Shown: piece after piece, positions 43,877 to 57,712 of the stretch
Layout: every line of letters begins with the position of its first letter
Numbering within the stretch: the stretch's first letter is position 1
Assembly (NCBI GenBank): GCA_964016885.1
Contig: OZ024744.1
Coordinates: 85,622,001-85,686,000 of the forward strand
Direction of reading: 5' to 3'
Origin: Eledone cirrhosa
Taxonomy: Eukaryota
Length of the DNA stretch: 64,000 nt
Made by a program: the position numbers and the translations under genes
The notes under the pieces: model-generated
The model's input: the letters and a program-made list of their open reading frames with translations, nothing else
What the model was told of the DNA's origin: nothing
Database searches by the model: none

Positions 43877-46800
43877 TTACAGATATATACTCAGAGTCGG
43901 CCCATTCACTCGGGCCATTCTTGCTTCTCTCACCCATCTTTCAACAAAATGCTGGGAAGAGAGCACTTCCCTCTCTACTCTGATTTTCCTTTTCAAATGA
44001 AATTTGAAAAAGTCAATCAGAGCATCACCGAAGAGGTAAGTGCTCGTCTTCAGCCCTTTCAAACGTGTCCACCATACTATCTCTTTCGCCATGGCCACCA
44101 GACAGATAAAAACTGCCTGCCCTTCCCGGCTAAAGGAGGAGGGCGGGGCAATCCTCACGATGGACTCAGATGATAGCCGGATCCGTCCTAAACGCGACAG
44201 CAGGTGTTCAACATAAACCCACAAGTCAGCAATTTTCGGACACTGGACGAGTGCGTGCAGGACGGTTTCGTCGCCCTGCGCGCATCTCGGACATGCCCAG
44301 CTGACGGCACCTCCATGCCTGTAGAGTTTATCCCGAACTGGCAAGGCTCCTCGGTAGCACTGCCAGGCCAGAGATTTCTGGAAGTTGTCCATAGGCCCCG
44401 GCCCGAAAGTTCTTCCGAAGAGATTGGCTAGTTGATTTTCGTCGACGCCTAGAGTTTCCCCAAGTACGTCGTCGCTCTTACCCTCCACTAATCCGCTATA
44501 GAATGCCGAGGTGGAGTTTCCACCGATCACATTGCCCGATTGGTCGAGGGCTGTGAGCGCCTGAAGACATTCCAGTCTCCAGGCGCTCCCTCTCGGTCTT
44601 CGCTTGACCCAGGACTGCAGCTCCGTCAAGGAAACGAGCTGGGGAAATACGCGCCTAGCAAACGGCGACCACACCTGATCACCGTCGTCACCTCGTCCCA
44701 GTTTTTGTCCGTCTGGAGGTCCGGACCGAACCAGACCCCTAGCAATTTAACCGGTCCGTCCGTCCAGCACCCGACGACGCTGTTGGACGGCATGGACCTG
44801 CCTCTCCAGGTGCCGAGCTGCAGGCCCACTGACTTTTCCTGGTTGATCATTGCTCCTGTCACCGCTTCGTATTCTCTTAGTGTAGTGCCGATCGCCTCGA
44901 TGTGTTTGGCGTTCGACACCACTACGGTGACATCGTCCGCATATGCTGACACGGATCTTCCGCATCCTAGTTCGCGCGGGACTCCCCTCAACGTCTCCAG
45001 TTTGTGCAGTAATGGCTCGAGAGTCAATACGTACAAGAGGGACGAGAGGGGACATCCTTGGCGGACCGAGCGCATGATGTTGAACGGTTCCGACAGGTGA
45101 CCGTTCACTCTCACCACAGAGCAGATGTCGCTGTGCATGGCAGCGATCCAGCCTCTGAAGACGGGCCCAAAGCCAGCCGCCCTCAGGACTGCCGCTAGGT
45201 AGCGATGGTCGACCCTATCGAAAGCTTTCGACTGATCTAAATTGATCAAGGACCCACCCGTGTCAGGTTCCTTAGCTACCCTCTCTACGATGTATCGCAT
45301 GAGGTGGAGGTTGTCGTGGATGGATCTGTGGGGAATGGCGCATGTCTGCGCCTCTCCCACCAGACCACCAACGACAAGCGCCAACCTCTTTGCTAGCACC
45401 TTGGCCAAAATCTTAAACTCTGTGTTTAGCAGAGTTATGGGCCGGAAATTTTCTATGTTATCCCCCTTGTTCGGATCCTTTCTCAGCAGTGCCACCGCTC
45501 CTCGGCTCACAGAACTGGGAATTCTCCCGTTCTGTTGCCAGTTGCAGTAGACGTCCACCAAGAGGCCTCCGAACAAGTCTGGCATCTGTACGTAAAGTTC
45601 ATAGGACAGACCATCCAAACCAGGCGATTTACCCCTTGTGCAGCCAGTCATTGCCTCCCTTACTTCAGCGGCTGTTATCGGCTTTTCGCAACACTTCGCC
45701 TCAGTGGCCGAGAGCCGCGGCAGTCCGTCGAGGTAGACACTAAAGTCCATCCCTCTACCCGGCCCCCCGCTGCCCCCGAACAGCTGAGCGAAGTGTCGCT
45801 GAAAAGCTTCACACATTTGCCCGGGATCGAGTAGCATGCGCCCGTCGTGGTCCACCAAAGACCGGATCGTGGCTTTGTTGCCACGACGCGCCTCCGCCAC
45901 TCGGGCCCATTGAACGGCTTTCGTCCCCTCGTGTCTGAGAGCACGCACCCTAGCTCTGACAACGCAGCCTTCGTGCTTTGCATTGAAGAATTGGTCAAGG
46001 GCCAATTTCGCCGCAAGCACGTCGGTCGCAATGCCTTTGCTAAGCGCCTCGTCTAATTTTCTAACTAGTTCTCCCTCTGCTCTATTTTTCTCTATTGCTA
46101 AAGCCTTACTAAACCTAATCGATTCTATTCTAATCGCTCTTTTCAGAGCAAACCACCACTTGTTGTTGACGATGGCCCCCGTCAACGCCCGCTTAACTAG
46201 TTCGCTAATCCGGTCTCTGTAGGCCTTGCGCGCTGGTAAGGACGCGTTTAGCTTCCAGTAGCCGGGTCCTCGTCTATGAAGCCTATCTAAGTCAAGCACA
46301 CAGGTCACGAATTTGTGGTCCGTGTAGCTGACTATCTTGAATTGTGGACAGCCTATGCTAGACCTATCTATTTCCCTACAAAATACTCTATCTAGATATG
46401 ATCTGGATGACCCTATGCGATTTGTCCAAGTCCACATTGTCACATTCGGGAAATCCAATCGGTACGTGTCAGACAGTTCAAAACGCCTGAGCAGGTTGGT
46501 GAGGCTCTTGCACCCTCCACCCCTATCCGCTAATCCCACACAGTCCCAGCGTGCATCTAAGATCCCGTTCAAGTCGCCCACTAACACTAAAGAGCGGGAC
46601 GTTCCAAGAAAGGTCTCCAGACGCCGGAAGAAATCAGGCCGCCCTGCTCCTGTCGGGGCATAGACGGCCACTAGCCAGAAAGTTTGCCCGTCTCCGCTGG
46701 TCACGTCCAGCACCACCAGCTTACCCTCTGGGTCCAGGAAGATGGCCCGTATGGCGAGATCCAAACCTCTCCGAAAAAGCACAGCAACTCCTCCGCCCGA

Positions 46801-46994
46801 TCCAGGACGGCTGGGAGATGCGTACACATCGTAGCCGCCGAAGATCGGTGCGAAGGCCCGTGCTTCGGAGATTCTGGTCTCGCTGATGGCCACTACATCT
46901 ATGTTTACTGACCTGAGGTCGTTGAGCAGGTGACCTTGTTTCCATGAGACCCCAAGCCACGTTCATTTATGCTGCCTATTCTGAGTGAGGTCAT
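43877..46994 (-). pseudogene. Tx1/L1 ORF2 (APE-RT-Cys), with a frameshift near the start and a ~300 bp deletion at 44685
   Basis: ISETR, VYAP, GDLN, TDH, YWKLN, FRPITLLN, RQGCPLS, YADD, CPRC..ETVLHALVQC. Confidence 0.9.
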
Positions 46995-47029
46995 GTTTAA
47001 AATAGAGTGGAAAAGACGGGAAAGACCAC

Positions 47030-49131
47030 TTACCGTACTTTTGGTAGAGGAGGGATGGTTTTTACATCCCTTTTCACTTGATCGTCTGGTGAAGGGACCA
47101 TTGAATCGTCCCTTCGGCTGGTCGTCGGCTCTTCTAAGAGAATGTCTGAATATACTCTTCGATTGATAGTTCCTCCTAGGTCCCTGAAATCACCAACTGC
47201 GTTGGGGAATTTCGTTTTAACGTTTGTGTATTGTTTCTGTGCTATTTTTAGCAGTCTTATGTTAGTTGGCGTTTTGATTGGTGCTGGTATTATGTAGTCG
47301 TGTTGTGAAATGTCTGTGTGTTCAATTATGTAAGTCATTAGTTTCTTGTTGTGTGTATTTATTGCCGTGCATTTGTTTTTCTGGGGGTGGGGTGTGGTTC
47401 TGCTATTTTCTTGTCGTTGTTGCTGGGTGTGTGTGTTTTGTTGTTGTGTTTGCGATGTTGGTGCTTGTGGTGGTGGTGTTGAAGGTGTTGTTGGCGGTGG
47501 GGTCGTCGCCGGTGGTGATGGTGGTGCTAGTGTGGGTGGTGATGGTGTTGGTGGTGTTGCTGCTGTGGGTCTCTTTGCAGTAGACTTTACCCTTTTCTCA
47601 TTTCTATCCTCCCTTTTCAAAGGCGACGATGCGCTGCTTCTGCGTTTGTGCCTTCTTACGACCTTTTGCCATCCCTCTCCCACCTCACACTCCATGTCTG
47701 ATTCTGTGAGGTCGGGCAGGGGTACCAGCTCCACTCTTTCACTTGTTGTTGTTGGTGATGTTTGCACTGGAGTCTCTGTTGCAGCTGCATTTGGTATTGC
47801 TGTTGTTGTTGTTAATATTTCCACTGCTGCTGCTGTTTTTGATTTCCGTGGCGTGGGTATGGGTGCCACGGACCTATCGTTCTTGGTTGCCGCTTGTCCT
47901 GTTGCTGGTAGCCGTGGAGCCGGTTTCGGAAGGAGGGGGGTTTTCTCCTTTCTCAGGGTCTTCTCGTTGCAGAAGGCCCTGAGGTGAGTCTTCGATCCAC
48001 AGCGAAAGCATTTCGGGCGTTTTCCTTCAACACTTATGGGCAGTTGAGTGCCGTTATCGAAGTCTATCACATCCGGGATAGCTTCGATGCACTCCTGGTT
48101 GGTTTGGATTAGCATCTCAATGGAGGTGCTGACCCAATCTTCTCTTACTTTTTTCTGTACTTGCAGTACAGTTGTTTTGTCCTCGATTCCGACGAGGACA
48201 GACGCGGCCAGCCAAGAAGGGGCCATTCCGGGGGGACGTGGGTCAGTTTGACCCTCACAATTTTTTGCCCGCAGTAGGAGGGCACCAACACCATTTCCTC
48301 GCTCCTTAGGGTCACTACGGATTGGGCCTTTGCCTCCTGGGGTGTGGCAAAAAGTACGTCTACGGTGGCATATTTCTTGCCTCGGGTGATGTGCGTTTTC
48401 CGCTGCCACACAGACCCCAAGGCTTTTTGTATTTGAGCCTCTGTGGCTCTTTCCACCTTACGGGATTTTGTACTTACTGTACGGTACGTGACCGTACAGT
48501 GCTGTTGGGTTTCGAAAAATTTTTCCGCTGCCTTGCAGATTGCTCGGTGTCCATTGTTTGTCACCATCTTCTTCGTTTCCTCTAATTCCTCATTTGTTAT
48601 GAGGATTGTTTCCAAGTTTTTCGCAATACCTGCAAATGAGATTGGTTTTTCTTTGCTGCTGTTGTTTGTTGTTGTTGTCAGAGCTGCTGTTACTTTTGTT
48701 GTTGCTGCAGGTACTACGACTACTGCCTCCGCCGCTGTTGCTGTGGTTGTTGTTGGTGTTGCTGCTGCTAATGCTGTTGTTGTTTATGCTTCTGGTAATG
48801 CTGTTGCGGCTGCTACTGTTGTTTTCATTGTCACTGTTGCTGTTGTTATTACGGCTGCTACTGCTATTATTCCCGACGTCAGTCGAACGAACTGGGTTTT
48901 CGTATTTCCCGCACACCTGTTTCGTCGCTGTCGTCGTCGTCGTGGAGAAACCTTGCACGCTTTGCACGAGACTTTTCTTTTCTTTCGTCGCTTGCGAAAG
49001 AGAAGGGAGGGAGAGAGACACATTTAAAGAAGGGAGGGAGAGAGACAATCTTCTCTCTGCTGTAGTGACGATTGAGGAAGAAGAAGACGGAATGAGTGGG
49101 ATGATCTATGAAAATTCTTTTTCGTAGCCAT
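47030..49131 (-). pseudogene. Tx1/L1 ORF1 with CCHC zinc knuckle (frameshifted)
   Basis: CFRCGSKTHLRAFC, WQKV motif; lies upstream of ORF2. Confidence 0.75.
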
Positions 49132-49366
49132 GTTGTTTTTTTTGTTTAAAATAAATATTGGGCACAAAACCCCAATAAGCAGTTATTTAACCCCGAAGGG
49201 CCAAATAACGGGCAGAAAGACCCCTCTCACGAGGAGGAGGGTGTTTTTGTCTACAAGTTGGTTACAGTTTTAAACAATTTACAATTGTTATAGCGTTCAA
49301 AATTTACAATACCTTACAGAGCCGAGCCTCCGTCAACCATAGCATTCAATAATAATAATAATAATA

Positions 49367-49834
49367 GATGCAAATAGACCTGATATAATATTGAAGGACT
49401 TTAAAAAGAGGGTATGCCTGCTAATTGATATGTCCATTCCAATAGACAAGAATGTATCTATAAAAACATTTGAAAAATTGAGCAAGTGTAAGGACCTGGA
49501 GATAGAAATTGGAAAAATGTGGAAATTGAGAACTAAAACAATACCAGTGGTTGTAGGCGCTCTGGGAATGATACCTAAGGGGTCTAATGATTACTTATCG
49601 CAGATCCCAGGAAACCCGCGTATAGGAGAAATACAAAAGATAGTACTAATGGTAACTGCCCATATACTAAGGAAGATTCTGTCAATATAAATTACATCAC
49701 AAGTCTAAACACTAAAGATGCATGTGTGAGTATGTATGTTCTTTCTTGAACATGGCGGACCTTGTTGTCTCTTGAGGTCACTGGTTGTGACTTGGTGATA
49801 ACTCGTATGAACATAAAGCAAGATAAATGCAACT

Positions 49835-49836
<2 letters not shown>
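49367..49836 (+). mobile_element. 3' fragment of a second R4/Dong-type family, with (TAA)n on both sides
   Basis: NRPDII..LIDMSIP..EKLSK..IPVVVGALG; tail 49836-49905. Confidence 0.8.
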
Positions 49837-49907
<71 letters not shown>

Positions 49908-50859
49908 GAAGAAGAAGAATAAGGGAAGAAGACGCACGAGGTGGCGGAGGTCATGAAATCGCTCCCGTAAGTTTTGAATTTTTAACATATTTAAATCATT
50001 TGTGAAATAACAACTCTTAGTACAAATGCTACGTAAAGCACCCGGCTTGAGCCCCCAAAAATTCGGACCCAAAATATATTGTTATAAGGCTCAAATATTC
50101 AAATATTCAACTTTGTATTGTACACTGTATATCCAAAAAAGAAAATGGCTATAAATGGAAGAAGAACCCCCCCCCCTCCTCTCCTCTGTCTACACTATAT
50201 AGAACAGCCAAACTCACCAACACCAGAAACTAGATACACCACCCACCCCATCACCTGTGTACACTAAACACAACAGCCAGATAACGGCATTTTCACCACC
50301 ACCGCTCACTACGGCCATCATTACCACCATTATCCCATCACCGCCGCCACCACCCCTTCACTCCTTCACTGCTACCACTGCTACAGCACCATCACTACAG
50401 TAATACGGTCACATCACCGCCACCACTGCCTCGGTATCGACATCACCACCACCACTATCTCAGTATCGCTTCCGCCGCCAGTCACCCACTTTTCCCAGCT
50501 GGCTGCTGCCACCACATTATAGAATCCCTACTGCTAAAAAAGAGGAAGGCATCAAAATATATAGATAGACTCAAAAGAAAAAAGAAAAAACAAACAACAA
50601 AACCAGAGCAGCACAGCAACAACAGCAAAAAACGAGAAAAACAAACGGAGACACCCCCCCCCGCCAAAAAAAAAAAAAAAAAAAAAAACGTAAAGAAAAT
50701 AAGAATGAAGAGAGAAGCAGGCGGACGGACAGAGAAGAGGGGGGAAAAACTAAAACTTAAAAAACAAAAACTAAGTCAGACATTCGAACAATGAAACTTA
50801 TGCTTATTCATTTTTGGGGCCCTTTCTGCCTGTGTGTTTGTTTATGTGTGTTCGTATAC

Positions 50860-52644
50860 AGCGTGGTGATAATGCCACACAAGGGCCAAGTGGAATGGCG
50901 GATCCACAGATGGCTATGTAACCATACATTCGCCAATCCTCGATAAGAGTGTTTAAATATCGAACATAAACAGTTCGAATAACGGTGAAATGGAGACTAG
51001 AACGTCATGTGACAGACTCTCACCCAACAGGTGTCCCCTGGCTCAGCAGCAGGAACCTGACTGTCAACCAAATACTGCTGATGTTGGAGGAAGGAGAAGA
51101 AGGAAAGGGGCCAGAACCAACTGGACGAAAGAATTGAATAGAACTGTTATACAATGTTACCTGAAAAGTAACCCCAAGGAGAGGGGCTACAGGAGACGGA
51201 TGCATAACATCTGGAACGAGATTGGTTTATTTAAATTAGATGAACAAAAATTGGCCGGGCAGGCTCGGGTAATAAGAACTAATGGGTGGATAAGCGAGCT
51301 GGAACTGGAGGAACTGAGCAGAGAGAATGGCTTGGAGATGGCGGGTGTAGTATGCCAGACAAGCGAGCCAGTGGGAAATGAAGGTGAAGAGGTCCTGAGA
51401 ACGGAGGAACCACCCGAAGCAGACAATGATCTGAATACTGAGATAAATAATACCTGGAACAGAGATACGGCCACTGAGGCGATGAATGCTGACGGGCTAG
51501 GACAAGATTCGGTTGACATCCTAAATTTAGTGGTAGATGAATTGAACAATGATAGTGGGAGACCTATGAACCTAAGATTTGTAGACAGGAAAAAGTTAAA
51601 AGAAACAACAGCTAAGGTAAACAAAGTCATCCCATACCTTGAGGCGAGGAGCCTTCACCAGTGCAACAATATCCTTAAAGCAACAGCAAATACGGTGAGG
51701 AAACTACTTGGTATAAAAGCGAGAGGAAACAACAGACAAGAAAGAGCAGAGCCGTGGTGGAAGAAGCGACTGAGTGGGCAAATCGGGGAAATGAGAAATG
51801 ACATAGGAAAGCTTGAGTCACTACTGAATGGGACACTAAAAAACATAGGCACTAAAAATAGACTGGAAATAAAATACAAAACTAGGAGGAAAAAGCTAAA
51901 TATTATCATAGAGGAACTGAAGCAACGCATTGTAGCAAAGAGTGCAAAAATCAGGCGATACGAGAACAGAGTCAGTCAGTATAAACAGAACCGCATGTTC
52001 GACAACAACCAGAAGATGCTGTTTGGACAGCTTGAGGGGAAAGAAAGAGGCAACGTCTTGATCCCTGGGGCGGAGCAAACTAAAACATTCTGGAGAGGAA
52101 TATGGGAGCAGGATGTTAGACATAATGTCCAGGCAGGGTGGATTGAGACAGTACAGAGGGAGATCGGTGAGCAGGCACAACAACAAACTGATTTGAGTAT
52201 CACAGTTGAAACTCTTAAGGGGCAGGCCAAAAAACTAACCAACTGGAAATCACCAGGCCCAGATGGTGTGCAGGGGTATTGGATTAAACATTTAACATCC
52301 CTCCACCCGAAGCTGACGGCCATGTTCAATGACTGCTTGGTGTCGGGTGAGGTGCCAGAGTGGTTGACAAAAGGTACCACAGTTCTGATAATGAAAGACC
52401 GAATCAAGGGTAATGATGTTACCAACTATAGACCTATCACATGTCTGTCCGTAATGTGGAAACTGTTGACGAGCATTGTGTCTGAGGAAATCTACCATCA
52501 CCTCCACACAAACAACTTGTTACCGGACGAACAGAAAGGATGCCGAAAGAAGTCACGTGGTACAAAGGACCAGTTGCTTATTGATAAGATGGTAATGGGG
52601 AATTGCAGGAGGAGACACACTGATCTTGCCATGGGATGGATAGA
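50860..52644 (+). mobile_element. R4/Dong copy C, 5' half (ORF from 50990), broken inside the RT
   Basis: Myb-like N-terminus WTKELN..CY..MHNIW; PWWKKRL; RT to AMGWI, then junction. Confidence 0.88.
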
Positions 52645-52662
52645 GCATGGGATTGATAGTTC

Positions 52663-55600
52663 CTCCTGTCACCGCTTCGTATTCTCTTAGTGTAGTGCCG
52701 ATCGCCTCGATGTGTTTGGCGTTCGACACCACTACGGTGACATCGTCCGCATATGCTGACACGGATCTTCCGCATCCTAGTTCGCGCGGGACTCCCCTCA
52801 ACGTCTCCAGTTTGTGCAGTAATGGCTCGATAGTCAATACGTACAAGAGGGACGAGAGGGGACATCCTTGGCGGACCGAGCGCATGATGTTGAACGGTTC
52901 CGACAGGTGACCGTTCACTCTCACCACAGAGCAGATGTCGCTGTGCATGGCAGCGATCCAGCCTCTGAAGACGGGCCCAAAGCCAGCCGCCCTCAGGACT
53001 GCCGCTAGGTAACGATGGTCGACCCTATCGAAAGCTTTCGACTGATCTAAATTGATCAAGGACCCACCCGTGTCAGGTTCCTTAGCTACCCTCTCTACGA
53101 TGTATCGCATGAGGTGGAGGTTGTCGTGGATGGATCTGTCGGGAATGGCGCATGTCTGCGCCTCTCCCACCAGACCACCAACGACAAGCGCCAACCTCTT
53201 TGCTAGCACCTTGGCCAAAATCTTAAACTCTGTGTTTAGCAGAGTTATGGGCCGGAAATTTTCTGTTATCCCCCTTGTTCGGATCCTTTCTCAGCAGTGC
53301 CACCGCTCCTCGGCTCACAGAACTGGGAATTCTCCCGTTCTGTTGCCAGTTGCAGTAGACGTCCGCCAAGAGGCCTCCGAACAAGTCTGGCATCTGTACG
53401 TAAAGTTCATAGGACAGACCATCCAAACCAGGCGATTTACCCCTTGTGCAGCCAGTCATTGCCTCCCTTACTTCAGCGGCTGTTATCGGCTTTTCGCAAC
53501 ACTTCGCCTCAGTGGCCGAGAGCCGCGGCAGTCCGTCGAGGTAGACACTAAAGTCCATCCCTCTACCCGGCCCCCCGCTGCCCCCGAACAGCTGAGCGAA
53601 GTGTCGCTGAAAAGCTTCACACATTTGCCCGGGATCGAGTAGCATGCGCCCGTCGTGGTCCACCAAAGACCGGATCGTGGCTTTGTTGCCACGACGCGCC
53701 TCCGCCACTCGGGCCCATTGAACGGCTTTCGTCCCCTCGTGTCTGAGAGCACGCACCCTAGCTCTGACAACGCAGCCTTCGTGCTTTGCATTGAAGAATT
53801 GGTCAAGGGCCAATTTCGCCGCAAGCACGTCGGTCGCAATGCCTTTGCTAAGCGCCTCGTCTAATTTTCTAACTAGTTCTCCCTTGGCTCTATTTTTCTC
53901 TATTGCTAAAGCCTTACTAAACCTAATCGATTCTATTCTAATCGCTCTTTTCAGAGCAAACCACCACTTGTTGTTGACGATGGCCCCCGTCAACGCCCGC
54001 TTAACTAGTTCGCTAATCCGGTCTCTGTAGGCCTTGCGCGCTGGTAAGGACGCGTTTAGCTTCCAGTAGCCGGGTCCTCGTCTATGAAGCCTATCTAAGT
54101 CAAGCACACAGGTCACGAATTTGTGGTCCGTGTAGCTGACTATCTTGAATTGTGGACAGCCTATGCTAGACCTATCTATTTCCCTACAAAATACTCCATC
54201 TAGATATGATCTGGATGACCCTATGCGATTTGTCCAAGTCCACATTGTCACATTCGGGAAATCCAATCGGTACGTGTCAGACAGTTCAAAACGCCTGAGC
54301 AGGTTGGTGAGGCTCTTGCACCCTCCACCCCTATCCGCTAATCCCACACAGTCCCAGCGTGCATCTAAGATCCCGTTCAAGTCGCCCACTAACACTAAAG
54401 AGCGGGACGTTCCAAGAAAGGTCTCCAGACGCCGGAAGAAATCAGGCCGCCCTGCTCCTGTCGGGGCATAGACGGCCACTAGCCAGAAAGTTTGCCCGTC
54501 TCCGCTGGTCACGTCCAGCACCACCAGCTTACCCTCTGGGTCCAGGAAGATGGCCCGTATGGCGAGATCCAAACCTCTCCGAAAAAGCACAGCAACTCCT
54601 CCGCCCGATCCAGGACGGCTGGGAGATGCGTACACATCGTAGCCGCCGAAGATCGGTGCGAAGGCCCGTGCTTCGGAGATTCTGGTCTCGCTGATGGCCA
54701 CTACATCTATGTTTACTGACCTGAGGTCGTTGAGCAGGTGACCTTGTTTCCATGAGACCCCAAGCCACGTTCATTTATGCTGCCTATTCTGAGTGAGGTC
54801 ATGTTTAAAATAGAGTGGAAAAGACGGGAAAGACCACTTACCGTACTTTTGGTAGAGGAGGGATGGTTTTTACATCCCTTTTCACTTGATCGTCTGGTGA
54901 AGGGACCGTTGAATCGTCCCTTCGGCTGGTCGTCGGCTCTTCTAAGAGAATGTCTGAATATACTCTTCGATTGATAGTTCCTCCTAGGTCCCTGAAATCA
55001 CCAACTGCGTTGGGGAATTTCGTTTTAACGTTTGTGTATTGTTTCTGTGCTATTTTTAGCAGCCTTATGTTAGTTGGCGTTTTGATTGGTGCTGGTATTA
55101 TGTAGTCGTGTTGTGAAATGTCTGTGTGTTCAATTATGTAAGTCATTAGTTTCTTGTTGTGTGTATTTATTGCCGTGCATTTGTTTTTCTGGGGGTGGGG
55201 TGTGGTTCTGCTATTTTCTTGTCGTTGTTGCTGGGTGTGTGTGTTTTGTTGTTGTGTTTGCGATGTTGGTGCTTGTGGTGGTGGTGTTGAAGGTGTTGTT
55301 GGCGGTGGGGTCGTCGCCGGTGGTGATGGTGGTGCTAGTGTGGGTGGTGATGGTGTTGGTGGTGTTGCTGCTGTGGGTCTCTTTGCAGTAGACTTTACCC
55401 TTTTCTCATTTCTATCCTCCCTTTTCAAAGGCGACGATGCGCTGCTTCTGCGTTTGTGCCTTCTTACGACCTTTTGCCATCCCTCTCCCACCTCACACTC
55501 CATGTCTGATTCTGTGAGGTCGGGCAGGGGTACCAGCTCCACTCTTTCACTTGTTGTTGTTGGTGATGTTTGCACTGGAGTCTCTGTTGCAGCTGCATTT

Positions 55601-57155
55601 GGTATTGCTGTTGTTGTTGTTAATATTTCCACTGCTGCTGCTGTTTTTGATTTCCGTGGCGTGGGTATGGGTGCCACGGACCTATCGTTCTTGGTTGCCG
55701 CTTGTCCTGTTGCTGGTAGCCGTGGAGCCGGTTTCGGAAGGAGGGGGGTTTTCTCCTTTCTCAGGGTCTTCTCGTTGCAGAAGGCCCTGAGGTGAGTCTT
55801 CGATCCACAGCGAAAGCATTTCGGGCGTTTTCCTTCAACACTTATGGGCAGTTGAGTGCCGTTATCGAAGTCTATCACATCCGGGATAGCTTCGATGCAC
55901 TCCTGGTTGGTTTGGATTAGCATCTCAATGGAGGTGCTGACCCAATCTTCTCTTACTTTTTTCTGTACTTGCAGTACAGTTGTTTTGTCCTCGATTCCGA
56001 CGAGGACAGACGCGGCCAGCCAAGAAGGGGCCATTCCGGGGGGACGTGGGTCAGTTTGACCCTCACAATTTTTTGCCCGCAGTAGGAGGGCACCAACACC
56101 ATTTCCTCGCTCCTTAGGGTCACTACGGATTGGGCCTTTGCCTCCTGGGGTGTGGCAAAAAGTACGTCTACGGTGGCATATTTCTTGCCTCGGGTGATGT
56201 GCGTTTTCCGCTGCCACACAGACCCCAAGGCTTTTTGTATTTGAGCCTCTGTGGCTCTTTCCACCTTACGGGATTTTGTACTTACTGTACGGTACGTGAC
56301 CGTACAGTGCTGTTGGGTTTCGAAAAATTTTTCCGCTGCCTTGCAGATTGCTCGGTGTCCATTGTTTGTCACCATCTTCTTCGTTTCCTCTAATTCCTCA
56401 TTTGTTATGAGGATTGTTTCCAAGTTTTTCGCAATACCTGCAAATGAGATTGGTTTTTCTTTGCTGCTGTTGTTTGTTGTTGTTGTCAGAGCTGCTGTTA
56501 CTTTTGTTGTTGCTGCAGGTACTACGACTACTGCCTCCGCCGCTGTTGCTGTGGTTGTTGTTGGTGTTGCTGCTGCTAATGCTGTTGTTGTTTATGCTTC
56601 TGGTAATGCTGTTGCGGCTGCTACTGTTGTTTTCATTGTCACTGTTGCTGTTGTTATTACGGCTGCTACTGCTATTATTCCCGACGTCAGTCGAACGAAC
56701 TGGGTTTTCGTATTTCCCGCACACCTGTTTCGTCGCTGTCGTCGTCGTCGTGGAGAAACCTTGCACGCTTTGCACGAGACTTTTCTTTTCTTTCGTCGCT
56801 TGCGAAAGAGAAGGGAGGGAGAGAGACACATTTAAAGAAGGGAGGGAGAGAGACAATCTTCTCTCTGCTGTAGTGACGATTGAGGAAGAAGAAGACGGAA
56901 TGAGTGGGATGATCTATGAAAATTCTTTTTCGTAGCCATGTTGTTTTTTTTGTTTAAAATAAATATTGGGCACAAAACCCCAATAAGCAGTTATTTAACC
57001 CCGAAGGGCCAAATAACGGACAGAAAGACCCCTCTCACGAGGAGGAGGGTGTTTTTGTCTACAAGTTGGTTACAGTTTTAAACAATTTACAATTGTTATA
57101 GCGTTCAAAATTTACAATACCTTACAGAGCCGAGCCTCCGTCAACCATAGCATTC
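52663..57155 (-). mobile_element. Tx1/L1 copy b (lacks its 3' end), duplicate of 44853-49347
   Basis: Offset 7808-7810; same ORF lesions as copy a plus a 2 bp deletion near 53265. Confidence 0.92.
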
Positions 57156-57174
57156 AATAATAATAATAATAATA

Positions 57175-57642
57175 GATGCAAATAGACCTGATATAATATT
57201 GAAGGACTTTAAAAAGAGGGTATGCCTGCTAATTGATATGTCCATTCCAATAGACAAGAATGTATCTATAAAAACATTTGAAAAATTGAGCAAGTGTAAG
57301 GACCTGGAGATAGAAATTGGAAAAATGTGGAAATTGAGAACTAAAACAATACCAGTGGTTGTAGGCGCTCTGGGAATGATACCTAAGGGGTCTAATGATT
57401 ACTTATCGCAGATCCCAGGAAACCCGCGTATAGGAGAAATACAAAAGATAGTACTAATGGTAACTGCCCATATACTAAGGAAGATTCTGTCAATATAAAT
57501 TACATCACAAGTCTAAACACTAAAGATGCATGTGTGAGTATGTATGTTCTTTCTTGAACATGGCGGACCTTGTTGTCTCTTGAGGTCACTGGTTGTGACT
57601 TGGTGATAACTCGTATGAACATAAAGCAAGATAAATGCAACT

Positions 57643-57644
<2 letters not shown>
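57175..57644 (+). mobile_element. Duplicate of the second-family R4/Dong fragment
   Basis: Identical 99 aa ORF at offset 7808. Confidence 0.85.

Positions 57645-57712
<68 letters not shown>

Larger units (their letters stand above)
43617..49347 (-). mobile_element. Near full-length Tx1/L1-clade LINE (copy a) with (TAA)n on both sides
   Basis: 5' UTR, frameshifted ORF1, APE-RT ORF2, 3' UTR ending AATAAAGAAA. Confidence 0.9.

Noticed and set aside
43429-49127. Many antisense or alternative-frame ORFs over the LINEs
   Set aside because: Shadows of GC-richer coding sequence with no independent motifs
50990-52690. R4-Tx1 fusion protein
   Set aside because: Only a dozen antisense-derived residues follow the breakpoint; a rearrangement artefact
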